A DNA stretch of 64,000 nt from Chitinophaga pinensis (GCA_945874755.1 CAMCHR010000003.1:1541-65540), one strand, 5' to 3'; numbered from the stretch's first letter, positions 49,121 through 59,770 are shown. Program-made: numbers and translations. The notes: generated from the sequence alone by a model not told the origin.

Positions 49121-51022
49121 TTAATTCGCAATAGAAATCACCTTGCTATCCAATTGCTCATAAATACTATTATTGCTGATGTATTCTGGAACGAGTTCCT
49201 TCATTTTACCTACCAATAACATTTCGTCGTTGGTCGTTGTTAAAATTGTTTCTAGTTCGAAGGTGTTTTGTTTCACTAATTCAATGGACACATCACGCAC
49301 TTTAGCAATTAAAATCTTATCGTGGTAGGTTTGAGTGGTATTTTCTGCGTCGTTTAATAATTCCTCGTATAATTTTTCACCAGGACGTAAACCGCTGTAA
49401 GTAATATTTACATCAATATTAGGAATCAATCCATATAAACGAATCATCTTACGTGCTAAATCTGCAATGGCCACTGGCTTGCCCATATCAAACACAAATA
49501 TCTCTCCACCATTACCCATACTACCTGCTTCCAAAACCAATTGACAAGCCTCAGGGATGGTCATAAAGTACCTCGTGATATTAGGATGCGTTACCGTCAC
49601 TGGTCCACCTTTTTCGATCTGCTCTTTAAAGCGAATGATTACAGAACCATTAGAGCCAAGTACATTACCAAAACGTGTTGTGATAAATTTAGTAGACAAG
49701 TCGGCTTGATTAGACAATGCTTGCACATACATTTCGGCCATACGCTTAGATGCACCCATTACATTGGTTGGGTTCACCGCTTTATCGGTAGAGATCATCA
49801 CAAAACGTTCTACTTTATATTGAATTGCAAAGTCAGCCATTACTTTTACACCAATCACATTATTACGCACAGCTTCTGTAGGACAAAGTTCCAACATTGG
49901 CACATGCTTATAAGCAGCGGCATGGTACACATATTGAGGCTCAAATTCCTCAAATAATTTTTGCATCCTTGTCTTGTTCGTGACATCCGCCAAATAACTC
50001 ACACAATTAATACGTGTGCCGTTTTCTCTTAATTCCAATTCAAGGTTATGCAAAGGGGTCTCGGCTTGATCACATAAAATAATCACATCCGGCCCATAAG
50101 GAATTAATTGACGCACAATCTCAGAACCTATAGAACCAGCAGCACCAGTCACTAAAATGCGCTTACCTTTAATCTGTGTTTTAATCTGGTTGTTGTTAAT
50201 TTGAATCGGATCGCGTTCTAACAAATCTTCAATTTTAATAGACTGTAATTGTCTACTAGAGAACTTGCCTTCGGCCCATTTAGCATACGCAGGCACACTC
50301 AATACTTTAATATCATGGTCTAAACAAAAATCAACCACTTCGTTTTTACGTTTGGTTGGTAGGGTATAAGTTGCAAAGATCAATTCATCTATAGGTTTAA
50401 GGACTGCCATCTCTTTAAACTCATTGAAAGAAATAATGGGTGCGCCATTTAAATTTTTACTGCCCTTTTTTCGGTCATCATCAATAAAGGCAATCACTTG
50501 AATATTAGCCAGACCATCGTTTTCAAGCACTCTTTGTGTAGCCACACCAGTTGCAGCAGCACCAAAAATTACCACCGATTTTTTTTGCATTTTATAATTC
50601 TTGGCGTAAGCAAAAAGGTATTTTACCAATACCCTATAACTAATCAAGAATAAAAAACTAAAAATTGTGTATAAGGAAATGATCAAAGTTGTCAAAGACA
50701 AAATAGTACTAATCCCTAATGCTACTGTGTTAATCACTAAAATCATGAAAGAGGATAAACCAACCGCAAACGCAATGCGCAGTGCATCTTGCACACCTGT
50801 GTACCTCACAATACCCGTATAAGATTTCGTCGTTGTAAAAACTAAAGCATTCACCAAGAGCATCAATAATGTAGCATTCAACACATGCTCCCAATTGGTT
50901 GCACCTAAAGACACATTTTGCTGAATCAAAATTGCAATGAATAACGCGGTCACAGTTGCACCTAAGTCCAGTAATAAAATCACAAACTTTGGAACAATGC
51001 TAAAATTGTTAATCTTAAACAT
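49121..51022 (-). CDS. capD: Membrane-bound nucleoside-diphosphate sugar 4,6-dehydratase (CapD/WbpM/PglF family)
   Basis: Four N-terminal TM helices; IEDLLERD, VTGAAGSIGSEI, HAAAYKHVP, ISTDKAVNPTNVMGASKR, RFGNVLGSNGSV, GLRPGEKLYEEL. Start is ATG 51022 or TTG 51043. Confidence 0.92.
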   Translation of the reverse strand: MFKINNFSIVPKFVILLLDLGATVTALFIAILIQQNVSLGATNWEHVLNATLLMLLVNALVFTTTKSYTGIVRYTGVQDALRIAFAVGLSSFMILVINTVALGISTILSLTTLIISLYTIFSFLFLISYRVLVKYLFAYAKNYKMQKKSVVIFGAAATGVATQRVLENDGLANIQVIAFIDDDRKKGSKNLNGAPIISFNEFKEMAVLKPIDELIFATYTLPTKRKNEVVDFCLDHDIKVLSVPAYAKWAEGKFSSRQLQSIKIEDLLERDPIQINNNQIKTQIKGKRILVTGAAGSIGSEIVRQLIPYGPDVIILCDQAETPLHNLELELRENGTRINCVSYLADVTNKTRMQKLFEEFEPQYVYHAAAYKHVPMLELCPTEAVRNNVIGVKVMADFAIQYKVERFVMISTDKAVNPTNVMGASKRMAEMYVQALSNQADLSTKFITTRFGNVLGSNGSVIIRFKEQIEKGGPVTVTHPNITRYFMTIPEACQLVLEAGSMGNGGEIFVFDMGKPVAIADLARKMIRLYGLIPNIDVNITYSGLRPGEKLYEELLNDAENTTQTYHDKILIAKVRDVSIELVKQNTFELETILTTTNDEMLLVGKMKELVPEYISNNSIYEQLDSKVISIAN

Positions 51023-51181
51023 ATTTTTTTTATCTTCTATCAATTCTTAGGGGGGTGGTTTTGAAGAGGTGAATTAAATCTACTTAATCTGTTGTAAAGT
51101 TAGGGGGCAAAAGGGTTCAAAAAGCCTGAATACATTACAAAATAGTTATGATTTATAACATATTTTTTGGTAATCAATGTG

Positions 51182-51331
51182 TTAGAGCTTATTTGCCGCC
51201 TGTTTTGCCTTCCAAAGCCTTACTTCGTAATTAATGGAGTTCAAGGAATGGTCTTTATCTATCCAATGTAAAAAGGCATTTAAGGCCAGGCCCATGGGAC
51301 TGAGGGTATGGGAAAGCAAATTTTTACCAAG
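51182..51331 (-). pseudogene. 3' remnant (49 codons plus stop) of an uncharacterised gene, fused out of frame to the metK fragment
   Basis: Open frame [49 protein letters not shown], with no convincing start. It begins exactly where metK similarity stops. Confidence 0.6.
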
Positions 51332-52246
51332 TAAATAATTCAACTTTCATTGTTTTTGATTTACCATCTGGAGTTGTGAATGTTTTAGTTACCACTTCAT
51401 TTTTACGACCCATATGTCCGTAAGCTGCAGTTTCACTATACATTGGCGTTCTTAACTTTAATCTTTGCTCGATAAAGTAAGGACGCATATCAAAAATGCT
51501 TTCCACTAATTTACCAATTTGACCATCCGTTAATTTTACTTTAGCAGTGCCGTAAGTGTTTACGTTAATTGAAGTTGGTTTAGCAACACCAATAGCGTAA
51601 GAAACTTGTACTAAAACCTCTGAAGCTACACCTGCAGCTACTAAGTTCTTAGCAATATGACGTGTTGCATATGCTGCAGAACGGTCTACTTTACTTGGAT
51701 CTTTACCAGAGAAAGCACCACCACCGTGTGCACCCTTACCACCGTAAGTATCTACGATAATTTTACGACCAGTTAAACCAGTATCTCCGTGAGGACCACC
51801 AATTACAAACTTACCTGTAGGGTTAATATGATACGTAATGTTATTATTAAACAACTTAGCGTATTTCTTGTATTTTGCTTTTACTCTTGGGATTAAAATT
51901 TCAACGATATCTTTTTTGATTTTCGCTAACATTTTTCCTTCAGCATCAAAATCATCATGTTGAGTTGAAACAACAATTGCGTCAATTCTTACTGGCTCAT
52001 TTTTGTCGTTGTACTCTAATGTTACTTGAGATTTTGCATCTGGACGTAAATATTTGATAGCCTTGTTCTCTCTTCTTAATGCAGCTAATTCAATTAAGAT
52101 TTTATGTGCTAAGTCTAAAGCCAATGGCATTAAATCTTCTGTTTCGTTGCTTGCATAACCAAACATCATACCTTGGTCACCAGCACCTTGCTCTTCCTTC
52201 TTCTTTCTGTCAACACCTTGGTTGATGTCAGCAGATTGTTCGTGGA
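51324..52246 (-). pseudogene. metK: S-adenosylmethionine synthetase fragment lacking roughly the first 100 codons and the last few codons
   Basis: [69 protein letters not shown]. The N-terminal FTSESVxEGHPDK is absent, and the ORF stops at ELFTW* instead of continuing ..WEK... Confidence 0.92.
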
Positions 52247-52340
52247 CCACACTAATTATAGGGTATTTTACTATTGATTATCAGTTAGTTAGGTTATAAC
52301 TGCGCACCAAATTGCGCACCATGTAAGTTGCTGATAATCA
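52244..52340. mobile_element. Putative att/end structure of an integrative element inserted in metK
   Basis: metK similarity breaks abruptly at ~52246. Tandem TGCGCACCA at 52301-52309 and 52313-52321 (12-bp period) are bracketed by the inverted repeat TGATTATCAG (52275-52284) / CTGATAATCA (52331-52340). Confidence 0.6.
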
Positions 52341-52370
52341 GCGTAAGTCAATGTTGATTCTTGATAAAGC

Positions 52371-52641
52371 TGTAAATACCAGCAAAACTGACCCCCTTCC
52401 GCCAGCACAATGTGACCCCCCTAAAAAAGCATTCAACTGTTGGGTAAATTGACGGCCTAAAATATGGTAAAGAACTAATTGTTTTTGCTTTTCAAACGTA
52501 GGATTTTTCTGCCTATTTTGGTTAATTAATTTTTTCTGTTTCTTCAGCGTTTACCTCTTTTCTTAGTTTTCGCATTGATTCACCCTTCAACTCTACGCGT
52601 ACGGATTGATGTACCAGTCTGTCAAGGATGGCATCTGCAAC
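52371..52641 (-). mobile_element. istB: IS21-family remnant: terminal repeat plus 3' end of istB
   Basis: TG-initiated end tgtaaataccagcaaaactgacccccttccgccagcacaatgtgacccccc (52371-52421) with a doubled CCAGCA..TGACCCCC motif. 52641-52522 translates VADAILDRLVHQSVRVELKGESMRKLRKEVNAEETEKIN*. Confidence 0.85.
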
Positions 52642-52731
52642 GGAAGCCAGTATCCTACCTAGCTTATTGGGCTAACTGCTGCCCACAATGCCGCAGGTGT
52701 CGACATTGTTTAAAACCTTCTCTCTAAAAGA

Positions 52732-53316
52732 CTAAGAGCCGGTTGCTGGTTTTGTCTCACCAGCATCTTTCTTGATTCGATCCCCAAACCCCTTACCAAA
52801 TACGGTAAGTAATATGTACTTGAAGTATCCCAGGGTATTTAACTCTTGAATCATCTTGGCATCGGTTTCTGCCAAAAGTTGGGGTGTGGACATGTCAATC
52901 TTTTTGATTTGTGCTAAACCAGTGATTCCTGGACGAACGGAATACACGCCACGCGAATCGCGCTCATGAATTAGTTCTTCTTGATTGAACAAATTGGGAC
53001 GCGGACCCACCAAGCTCATATCACCCATAAATACATTCCATAACTGGGGTAGTTCATCCAATTTGGATTTGCGCAAGAAACTACCAAAGGGTGTTATTGA
53101 ACTAGCACTGGCCAAATGCGTGGCCACTGATGGTGCGTTTACATGCATGGAGCGGAACTTCATCAGGCGGAATGGTTTCATACCCTTACCTACCCGCTCT
53201 TGTCGAAAGATGGGAGAACCAGTATCAAAGTATCCAATGAACATCAAAACAATCAGGAATGGACTTAAAACAACTAACCCAAAAAATGAAAATAGAATAT
53301 TTAAAATACGAGTCAT
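52732..53316 (-). CDS. Small priming sugar-phosphate transferase (Bac_transf/PglC-like)
   Basis: FRQERVG, KFRSM, KLDELPQLWNVFMGDMSLVGPRP, PGITGLAQ. Confidence 0.88.
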   Translation of the reverse strand: MTRILNILFSFFGLVVLSPFLIVLMFIGYFDTGSPIFRQERVGKGMKPFRLMKFRSMHVNAPSVATHLASASSITPFGSFLRKSKLDELPQLWNVFMGDMSLVGPRPNLFNQEELIHERDSRGVYSVRPGITGLAQIKKIDMSTPQLLAETDAKMIQELNTLGYFKYILLTVFGKGFGDRIKKDAGETKPATGS

Positions 53317-54194
53317 TAATTATTGCAAGATTTAAAAGTTGTTAACAGACCGGCTCTACTTGATACTGGTAAGGGTTTCCCTATTGCCGCTTTAATTTTA
53401 GCATTACTCACCACATAGGATGAAGTCAATTTATGTAAACGCTCTGTGTTCAGTGGTAAATGAAGTTTATCTCCTATGGATGCAATACCTTGAATACACT
53501 TCTTTGAAATATTCCACAGCTTCGGACTCCTATTTTGTGATTGCGCAATTAACCCAATCAATTCATTGGTAGAAAGTGCTTCATCGTCTGCAACATTATA
53601 AATACCTGATGGAATATCTTCTCTCTCAATGAGTTCTTTAAAAATGAACATCAAATTATCAACACTACAGAAAGAACGTTTATTCTCGAAAGCCCCGAGA
53701 GGCCAAGGAATATTCTTGGAAACAAGCTTATACAATAAATTTAAATTTCCTTTATTTCCAGGTCCATGAATCATGCATGGTCTTAAAATATAAACTCTCT
53801 TCCCATCTGGAATTTCTTTTGAGAAGATATATTGTTCGGCTAATAATTTACTATTACCATAGTGAGTTAGTGGGTTTGGATGGTGTTGCTCGGTTAATTC
53901 GCCTTCAACATGGTCAGCCGCAGCTTTAACCGAGCTTAGAATAATGAATACCTTAGCTTCAGATGCAAGAAAAGCATCGTAAACTTTTTTGGTGAGTTCG
54001 GTATTGACTTCGTAGTATTCTTGTGAAGAAGATGTGTTTTTTAGATCATGAGCTTTACCGGCGAGATGGATCAAGACTTCAGCACCATCAATTTTGGACT
54101 CGTTACCTCTTGAAGAAACACATACAACTTCATTTTTAAACATCTTTAACAATGAAGTGCCAACAAAACCTGATGAGCCCGTTAGATAAATCAT
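53316..54194 (-). CDS. NAD-dependent nucleotide-sugar epimerase
   Basis: TGSSGFVG, HLAGKAH, YGNSK, LRPCMIHGPGNKGN. Confidence 0.85.
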   Translation of the reverse strand: MIYLTGSSGFVGTSLLKMFKNEVVCVSSRGNESKIDGAEVLIHLAGKAHDLKNTSSSQEYYEVNTELTKKVYDAFLASEAKVFIILSSVKAAADHVEGELTEQHHPNPLTHYGNSKLLAEQYIFSKEIPDGKRVYILRPCMIHGPGNKGNLNLLYKLVSKNIPWPLGAFENKRSFCSVDNLMFIFKELIEREDIPSGIYNVADDEALSTNELIGLIAQSQNRSPKLWNISKKCIQGIASIGDKLHLPLNTERLHKLTSSYVVSNAKIKAAIGKPLPVSSRAGLLTTFKSCNN

Positions 54195-54670
54195 CTTCCA
54201 AAATCATCTTGTAATCGAACAATATCTTCTTCATCTGAAGGATTAGCAACATCTGTATGCTGCCAAATCTCAGCTAAGACGGCATAATCTTCTAAACCCA
54301 CAAGACGGTGACGCTCACCTTGAAGTAATGTAACCGTTGCGCCAACATTTAATATTTCTAATTCATTTTCAGAATCGGTATTACTTCTTACTACTCCTGC
54401 CTGACCTTGAATGACCCTCCAAATTTCTGTCCTTCTGTGATGGTATTGCCACGATAACCTCTTATTAGGTGCTACTATCAGTATTTTGGGACTCAACTTG
54501 CCTGATATTTTCAAACTTGAAACATCCAAACCATCAAAATATACATCCGCAAAACGTTGAGCTTGTTCTTCTGCAATTACAAAAAAACCACCCCAAGGAC
54601 GGTTATGGTCTTTATCAACAATCCTAAAATGTTGTTCTTCTAACTCGCTTTGAACTGAACTAAATATCAT
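54191..54670 (-). CDS. Stand-alone cupin, mannose-6-phosphate isomerase (type II C-terminal)-like
   Basis: RPWGGF, LSWQYHHRRTEIW, HRL, EEDIVRLQDDFGR. Confidence 0.78.
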   Translation of the reverse strand: MIFSSVQSELEEQHFRIVDKDHNRPWGGFFVIAEEQAQRFADVYFDGLDVSSLKISGKLSPKILIVAPNKRLSWQYHHRRTEIWRVIQGQAGVVRSNTDSENELEILNVGATVTLLQGERHRLVGLEDYAVLAEIWQHTDVANPSDEEDIVRLQDDFGR

Positions 54671-54674
54671 AAAA

Positions 54675-55607
54675 TTAAGACCAATTATACCCTTTCACTT
54701 CGTTGTATACTTTCCCTATACCTTCTTCCAACGTAATACTAGAACGCCAACCTAGGTCAGCTAACTTAGAGACATCCATTAACTTCCGTGGAGTCCCATC
54801 AGGCTTAGTAGTATCGGTCAAAATTTCACCCTCAAATCCTGTAATCTTCTTTACTAAACGTGCTAAATCAATAATTGAAATATCTTCACCTACACCAATA
54901 TTGACCAAGCCGCTCTCATTATAATTCTCCATTATATACAAAGATGCTGAAGCAAGATCATCTGCATGCAAAAACTCTCTTCGTGGAGCACCAGTACCCC
55001 AAATTGTTACTGACGATTCAACGTTACGCTTAGCGGTTATAAACTTTCTCAGAAGTGCCGGCAGTACATGTGAATTACTTAGGTCATAATTATCATTAGG
55101 GCCATACAAATTAGTTGGCATTACCGAGATAAAATTACAACCGTACTGTGCACGATATGAATCGCACATCTTTATTCCAGCAATTTTTGCAATTGCATAT
55201 GGCTCGTTTGTAGGCTCTAATAATCCAGTCAATAAATATTCTTCTTTTAAAGGTTGTGAAGCTAATTTGGGATAAATACAAGAAGACCCAAAAAACAATA
55301 ATTTCTTAACTTCATTTAAATAAGAATGATGAATCACATTCGACTGAATCATCATATTCTCGTAAATGAAATCCGCTCTAAAAGTGTTATTCGCAACAAT
55401 ACCTCCAACTTTGGCTGCAGCTAAAAAAACATACTCCGGTTTTTCAACGGCAAAGAAATTAGCAACGTCTTGTTGATTTCTCAAATCCAATTCAAAAGAC
55501 GTTTTTAATAGAAAATTACTGTAGCCTTTTGACTGCAAAGCACGTAATATCGACGAACCTACCATCCCGCGATGCCCAGCAATATAAATTTTAGATAATT
55601 TTTCCAT
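54675..55607 (-). CDS. fcl: GDP-L-fucose synthase
   Basis: IAGHRGMVGS, LAAAKVGGI, GSSCIYPK, EPYAIAKIAG, MPTNLYGPNDN, KPDGTPRKLMD. Confidence 0.95.
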   Translation of the reverse strand: MEKLSKIYIAGHRGMVGSSILRALQSKGYSNFLLKTSFELDLRNQQDVANFFAVEKPEYVFLAAAKVGGIVANNTFRADFIYENMMIQSNVIHHSYLNEVKKLLFFGSSCIYPKLASQPLKEEYLLTGLLEPTNEPYAIAKIAGIKMCDSYRAQYGCNFISVMPTNLYGPNDNYDLSNSHVLPALLRKFITAKRNVESSVTIWGTGAPRREFLHADDLASASLYIMENYNESGLVNIGVGEDISIIDLARLVKKITGFEGEILTDTTKPDGTPRKLMDVSKLADLGWRSSITLEEGIGKVYNEVKGYNWS

Positions 55608-55628
55608 GAAATTGAATTGGGATTTTTC

Positions 55629-56741
55629 TTAAGATCTAAAGCCAGCTTCATTCAGCATAATTTCCTTTTTTACGCGATCAACGTCCATTGCCACCATTTC
55701 TTGAACCAATCCAGATAAATCATATTGCGGTATCCAACCTAATTGCGTTTTTGATTTAGAAGGATCTCCAATAAGTAAGTCGACCTCAGTAGGTCGAAAA
55801 TACTGTGGATCTACAGCTATCACTTGTTTGCCAATTTCTAACTGAAACTCTGGATTAGAACAAGACGCAACAAACCCTTTTTCATTAACACCATGTCCCT
55901 TGAATTCAATTATAATTCCAACTTCTGAAAATGCCATACGAACAAAATCCCTTACATAGGTTGTTTCACCCATCGCTATTACATAATCTTCTGGATGATC
56001 TTGTTGCAAAATGCGCCACATAGCCTCAACGTAATCTTTAGCATGCCCCCAATCACGTTGTGCATCCAAATTTCCTAGATACAAACAGTCTTGTTGGCCT
56101 AAAGCAATTGCAGCCGTGGCCATCGTAATTTTACGAGTGACAAAGGTTTCACCTCGACGAGGCGATTCATGGTTGAACAATATGCCATTACAAGCAAACA
56201 TATTGTAGGCCTCTCTATAGTTTTTGGTTATCCAATAACCAAAAATTTTTGCAACACCATAGGGGGAACGGGGATAAAACGGCGAGTTTTCATCATACAT
56301 ACCCTTCTCATTTTTATTTTCAGCTAAACCACCATAAAGTTCGGAAGTTGACGCCTGGTAAATTCTAGTTTTTTGTTCTAAACCTAAAATTCGCACAGCC
56401 TCGAGAATTCGTAATGTGCCAATACCATCAACATTGGCAACATATTCTGGCGAGTCAAATGAGACTTTCACATGGCTCATTGCACCTAAATTGTAAATTT
56501 CATCCGGCTGAACCTCTTGAATAATTCTGATGATATTAGTTGAATCAGTTAAATCACCGTAATGTAATTTGAAATTCACATTGGTCTGATGTGAATCTTG
56601 ATAAATATGGTCAATACGCTGAGTATTAAATGAAGAAGCTCTTCTTTTTAGACCATGTACTTGGTAGCCTTTTTCTAATAATAATTCAGCTAGATACGAA
56701 CCATCTTGGCCGGTAATTCCTGTTACAAGGGCAACTTTCAT
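55629..56741 (-). CDS. gmd: GDP-mannose 4,6-dehydratase
   Basis: [58 protein letters not shown]. Confidence 0.96.
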   Translation of the reverse strand: MKVALVTGITGQDGSYLAELLLEKGYQVHGLKRRASSFNTQRIDHIYQDSHQTNVNFKLHYGDLTDSTNIIRIIQEVQPDEIYNLGAMSHVKVSFDSPEYVANVDGIGTLRILEAVRILGLEQKTRIYQASTSELYGGLAENKNEKGMYDENSPFYPRSPYGVAKIFGYWITKNYREAYNMFACNGILFNHESPRRGETFVTRKITMATAAIALGQQDCLYLGNLDAQRDWGHAKDYVEAMWRILQQDHPEDYVIAMGETTYVRDFVRMAFSEVGIIIEFKGHGVNEKGFVASCSNPEFQLEIGKQVIAVDPQYFRPTEVDLLIGDPSKSKTQLGWIPQYDLSGLVQEMVAMDVDRVKKEIMLNEAGFRS

Positions 56742-57001
56742 AAATAAATTAATTTAAAATAATTTCTTTTTAATTGATATTTTTAACAAACTCATTACCA
56801 TGATGTTTTTCTACGATCCTCTAGAAATTCGAAATAAAATCTTGTATACCAATTTAAATATCTCAATTTATTTTCTTATTACCCCATTATTACAATTATT
56901 GTTTCTTAGTACGTCAGATGCATTAAGACCATTCTTCCAATCAGATTAATTGTCAAATAATATACTAGGAAAATTATGCTCAAGTTGATTAACAGTCCTT
57001 A

Positions 57002-58150
57002 TCAAGTGGTAACAAGAATGTCCTTAGATGATACATTTTGCAAAACCATAAAAAGAAAAAACAACATAAATTGACTTTCCGGCGTAATTATAGCTCCATT
57101 TAAAAATAATATATTCAGAAAGAAAATAATAAACACTATTTGGAATGACGATTCATTAAAGGCGCTCTTTATGTAACGCCAGATAAAATACAACAATAAC
57201 GGAAAGAAAACTCCGAAATAGCCAAATAGCAAAAAAAATGAGTTATCCAATTGCTTTTTCATTTGACCCAATGCCCTACCAAAAATTGTATAAACTTCTG
57301 TAAATTCATCAATCACTGAAAATATTGGTGCTATAAGTCTTTGGTTTCCACTCGTTCCCTCCCTAGATATTTCATCTATTCTTAATATAGAAAATATCTC
57401 AGTTCCTGCAAAAACAACATATCCAATTATGAGCGAAATTACTATGATATACTTAATATCCCTTAACATGTATCCAATGTACATAATTGTAAAAAAATAA
57501 ACAGTCATTGAAAGACTAAGTACAATCCCGAAAAAGGTTAGAAATTTCCAAATTATATGCATTCTGAGCGCATTACTGCACATAAACAACAATAACAGAA
57601 CTGATCCATAGTACGAAGGCTCATGATATACAGAAATAGGCCGCATGTATGAAAGTAGATTTACCGCTTGAAATCGATCAGCTGATTCAGCTGTACTAAT
57701 TGAAACACCATCAAAAAATTTATAGTAGTTAGTTGTATTCCAAAAGAAAAACTCTGAAACTTGCAATACCGCAAAGCCTACTGTTATCAAAACAGAAAAC
57801 TTCACCGTAGACTGTAGTGAAGTTTCACTCCAGTTTCTTAAGCTAACTCTCTTAAGATTCAAGAAGGTTAGAATGGCAAATGAAAAAAGTGCGAATGTTT
57901 TAATAAACTCTTCTATATCTAAAGCCCAAATCTGATAAAACAGGTTAAAAAAGAAAAACGACAAAAAGCAAAAGTAAATAAAAATATGTGATCTTAACAG
58001 TGGTTTCGAAACGAGAAAATACAAGTTAAATATAAACGCCGAAGAGACCGCAAAGGTGCCGATTTTAAAAATTACTAAACTAAGAGACAATAAAGTCACA
58101 GAAAGTAAGAATGTATCTCGATAAATATTAAGAAATCTATGACTTAACAC
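57002..58150 (-). CDS. Wzy-type polysaccharide polymerase (WcaD-like)
   Basis: Multiple TM helices; RPISVYHEPSYYG, EGTSGNQRLIAP, LDNS motifs. Confidence 0.65.
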   Translation of the reverse strand: MLSHRFLNIYRDTFLLSVTLLSLSLVIFKIGTFAVSSAFIFNLYFLVSKPLLRSHIFIYFCFLSFFFFNLFYQIWALDIEEFIKTFALFSFAILTFLNLKRVSLRNWSETSLQSTVKFSVLITVGFAVLQVSEFFFWNTTNYYKFFDGVSISTAESADRFQAVNLLSYMRPISVYHEPSYYGSVLLLLFMCSNALRMHIIWKFLTFFGIVLSLSMTVYFFTIMYIGYMLRDIKYIIVISLIIGYVVFAGTEIFSILRIDEISREGTSGNQRLIAPIFSVIDEFTEVYTIFGRALGQMKKQLDNSFFLLFGYFGVFFPLLLYFIWRYIKSAFNESSFQIVFIIFFLNILFLNGAIITPESQFMLFFLFMVLQNVSSKDILVTT

Positions 58151-58904
58151 GCAATTTCAATTTATAAAATTTAGATGATAATAATTTTGGTAAAATTCTA
58201 AAATACACAATTGCAACTAAAAAAATATTTCTATATCCCAAAATATCTATAATTTCCCTCGAAATCTCCTTATAAGATGAAAAACCTTGACTACTTACTC
58301 CTCCAGATGACATGATAGTTCGCACCTCAGGTGAATATTTATATACTAGGCGATTCCTCAACAGCAATCTAACTAAATACTCGTAATCTGCCGCTATTTT
58401 GTAATCCAATGAATAAACGCCATAAGAATTAAATATATCTTTACGAATCACAACTGCTTGATGTGGCGGCATAAATCCCAAGCGCAAATGAAACGACTTC
58501 CAAAATTCAGCAGAATAATATCTCACTAATTGACCCTTTGTATCTTTAATAAGGACATCAGCAACACTTATTGGGCAATCATTATGCTGATGAAAATCAA
58601 CAATATTAGAAATCGTGGAAGTAGAGTAAAAAACGTCATTTGAATTCAACAAAACTATATAATCTCCGCTTGCGAGTGTGATGCCCTTATTAATTGCATC
58701 GTAAATTCCCCTATCTCTCTCAGAAACGACTATGCCAATATTAGCCCGATATTCATGAATTATTTTCATGGTTAAATCTGAAGACATACCGTCAATGATT
58801 ATATACTCAATATTATTATAATCCTGGCTTAAAACTGATCGGATAGTTGCCTCTATTGAATTTTCAGAATTAAAACAAACTGTTATTACAGATACAGATA
58901 TCAT
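58137..58904 (-). CDS. GT2 glycosyltransferase (WcaE/WfgS-like)
   Basis: SVITVCFNS, IIIDGMSSD, GIYDAINKG, PPHQA, ADYE. Confidence 0.88.
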   Translation of the reverse strand: MISVSVITVCFNSENSIEATIRSVLSQDYNNIEYIIIDGMSSDLTMKIIHEYRANIGIVVSERDRGIYDAINKGITLASGDYIVLLNSNDVFYSTSTISNIVDFHQHNDCPISVADVLIKDTKGQLVRYYSAEFWKSFHLRLGFMPPHQAVVIRKDIFNSYGVYSLDYKIAADYEYLVRLLLRNRLVYKYSPEVRTIMSSGGVSSQGFSSYKEISREIIDILGYRNIFLVAIVYFRILPKLLSSKFYKLKLRVKS

Positions 58905-58987
58905 GAATATTACATTATTTGAGGTACCACCATAATCCTAACGGAGGTGTTTAATCAATCAAAGGAGAAATCTGTAAAGAGATATAT

Positions 58988-59770
58988 TCAATTCTTTATA
59001 GACAACAATTTCAACCGAAAGTCAAGTCTGCCAAATTTTTCCATGTACTCGATATCTAAAAGACGATTCTTATGCTTGAATTTGTAATGAAACAAGTTAA
59101 AATTACAAATGCTTTGATTTATGTCATCCACCGAAATTTTATTGAAAGAATCAGTTATAAGTAATCTCGGGTATACAATTGAAGATTTACGGTAAGGAAT
59201 CTTCATAAGTTGCCTTCCAATTTCAACATCATCAATAAGATAATTTGAAAGGCTTGAATACTTCAATTGATTACACAAATCCACTCCTATAAAAAAACCC
59301 GATCCACTGTAAAAATCAATTGTGGGGCCCATATCTATTCTTTTAAAAAATAAATGAAGTAATTTATTTCCATAGTATAACTCACTTATTAAATTAGCTT
59401 TCGCAGCAAATCCGTGATATGTTTGGCTAGTAAAATCGCCGCGGGATATGTAGTTGATAAATTCTTTAATGTCAATATAAGACGACAAATTTGTTCTGTA
59501 AAAAAGTTTTACATCAGGGAAATTGTCCCTAACTAACTTCTGGGCAGAAAAAAATTTCTTATACGAATTCTTTATTGAATCGTCTTCAATAACCCGAATC
59601 TCTCTATCACTCGAAATAACATTTTCATTGTGTCCGCCACTATAAAAATAAACTCTTATATTATTACGCACTGCCTCTTTATACCATCCATTCTCAATCG
59701 CGTTGATAAATGGTTGATATTTAGGAGAATTAGTCGATAAAATTAAAATGCACAGATTATTTATATCCAC
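58988..59770 (-). CDS. Hypothetical protein, probable GT-A fold glycosyltransferase
   Basis: 260-aa ORF within the cluster; LILS...FYRTNLSSYID...SGSGF...IDDVEIG pattern. Confidence 0.55.
   Translation of the reverse strand: MDINNLCILILSTNSPKYQPFINAIENGWYKEAVRNNIRVYFYSGGHNENVISSDREIRVIEDDSIKNSYKKFFSAQKLVRDNFPDVKLFYRTNLSSYIDIKEFINYISRGDFTSQTYHGFAAKANLISELYYGNKLLHLFFKRIDMGPTIDFYSGSGFFIGVDLCNQLKYSSLSNYLIDDVEIGRQLMKIPYRKSSIVYPRLLITDSFNKISVDDINQSICNFNLFHYKFKHKNRLLDIEYMEKFGRLDFRLKLLSIKN

Noticed and set aside
51324-52250. Calling the 308-aa ORF a functional short MetK starting at GTG 52250
   Set aside because: It lacks the N-terminal ESVxEGHPDK catalytic segment, the GTG lies in non-metK junction sequence, and the C-terminus is also truncated.
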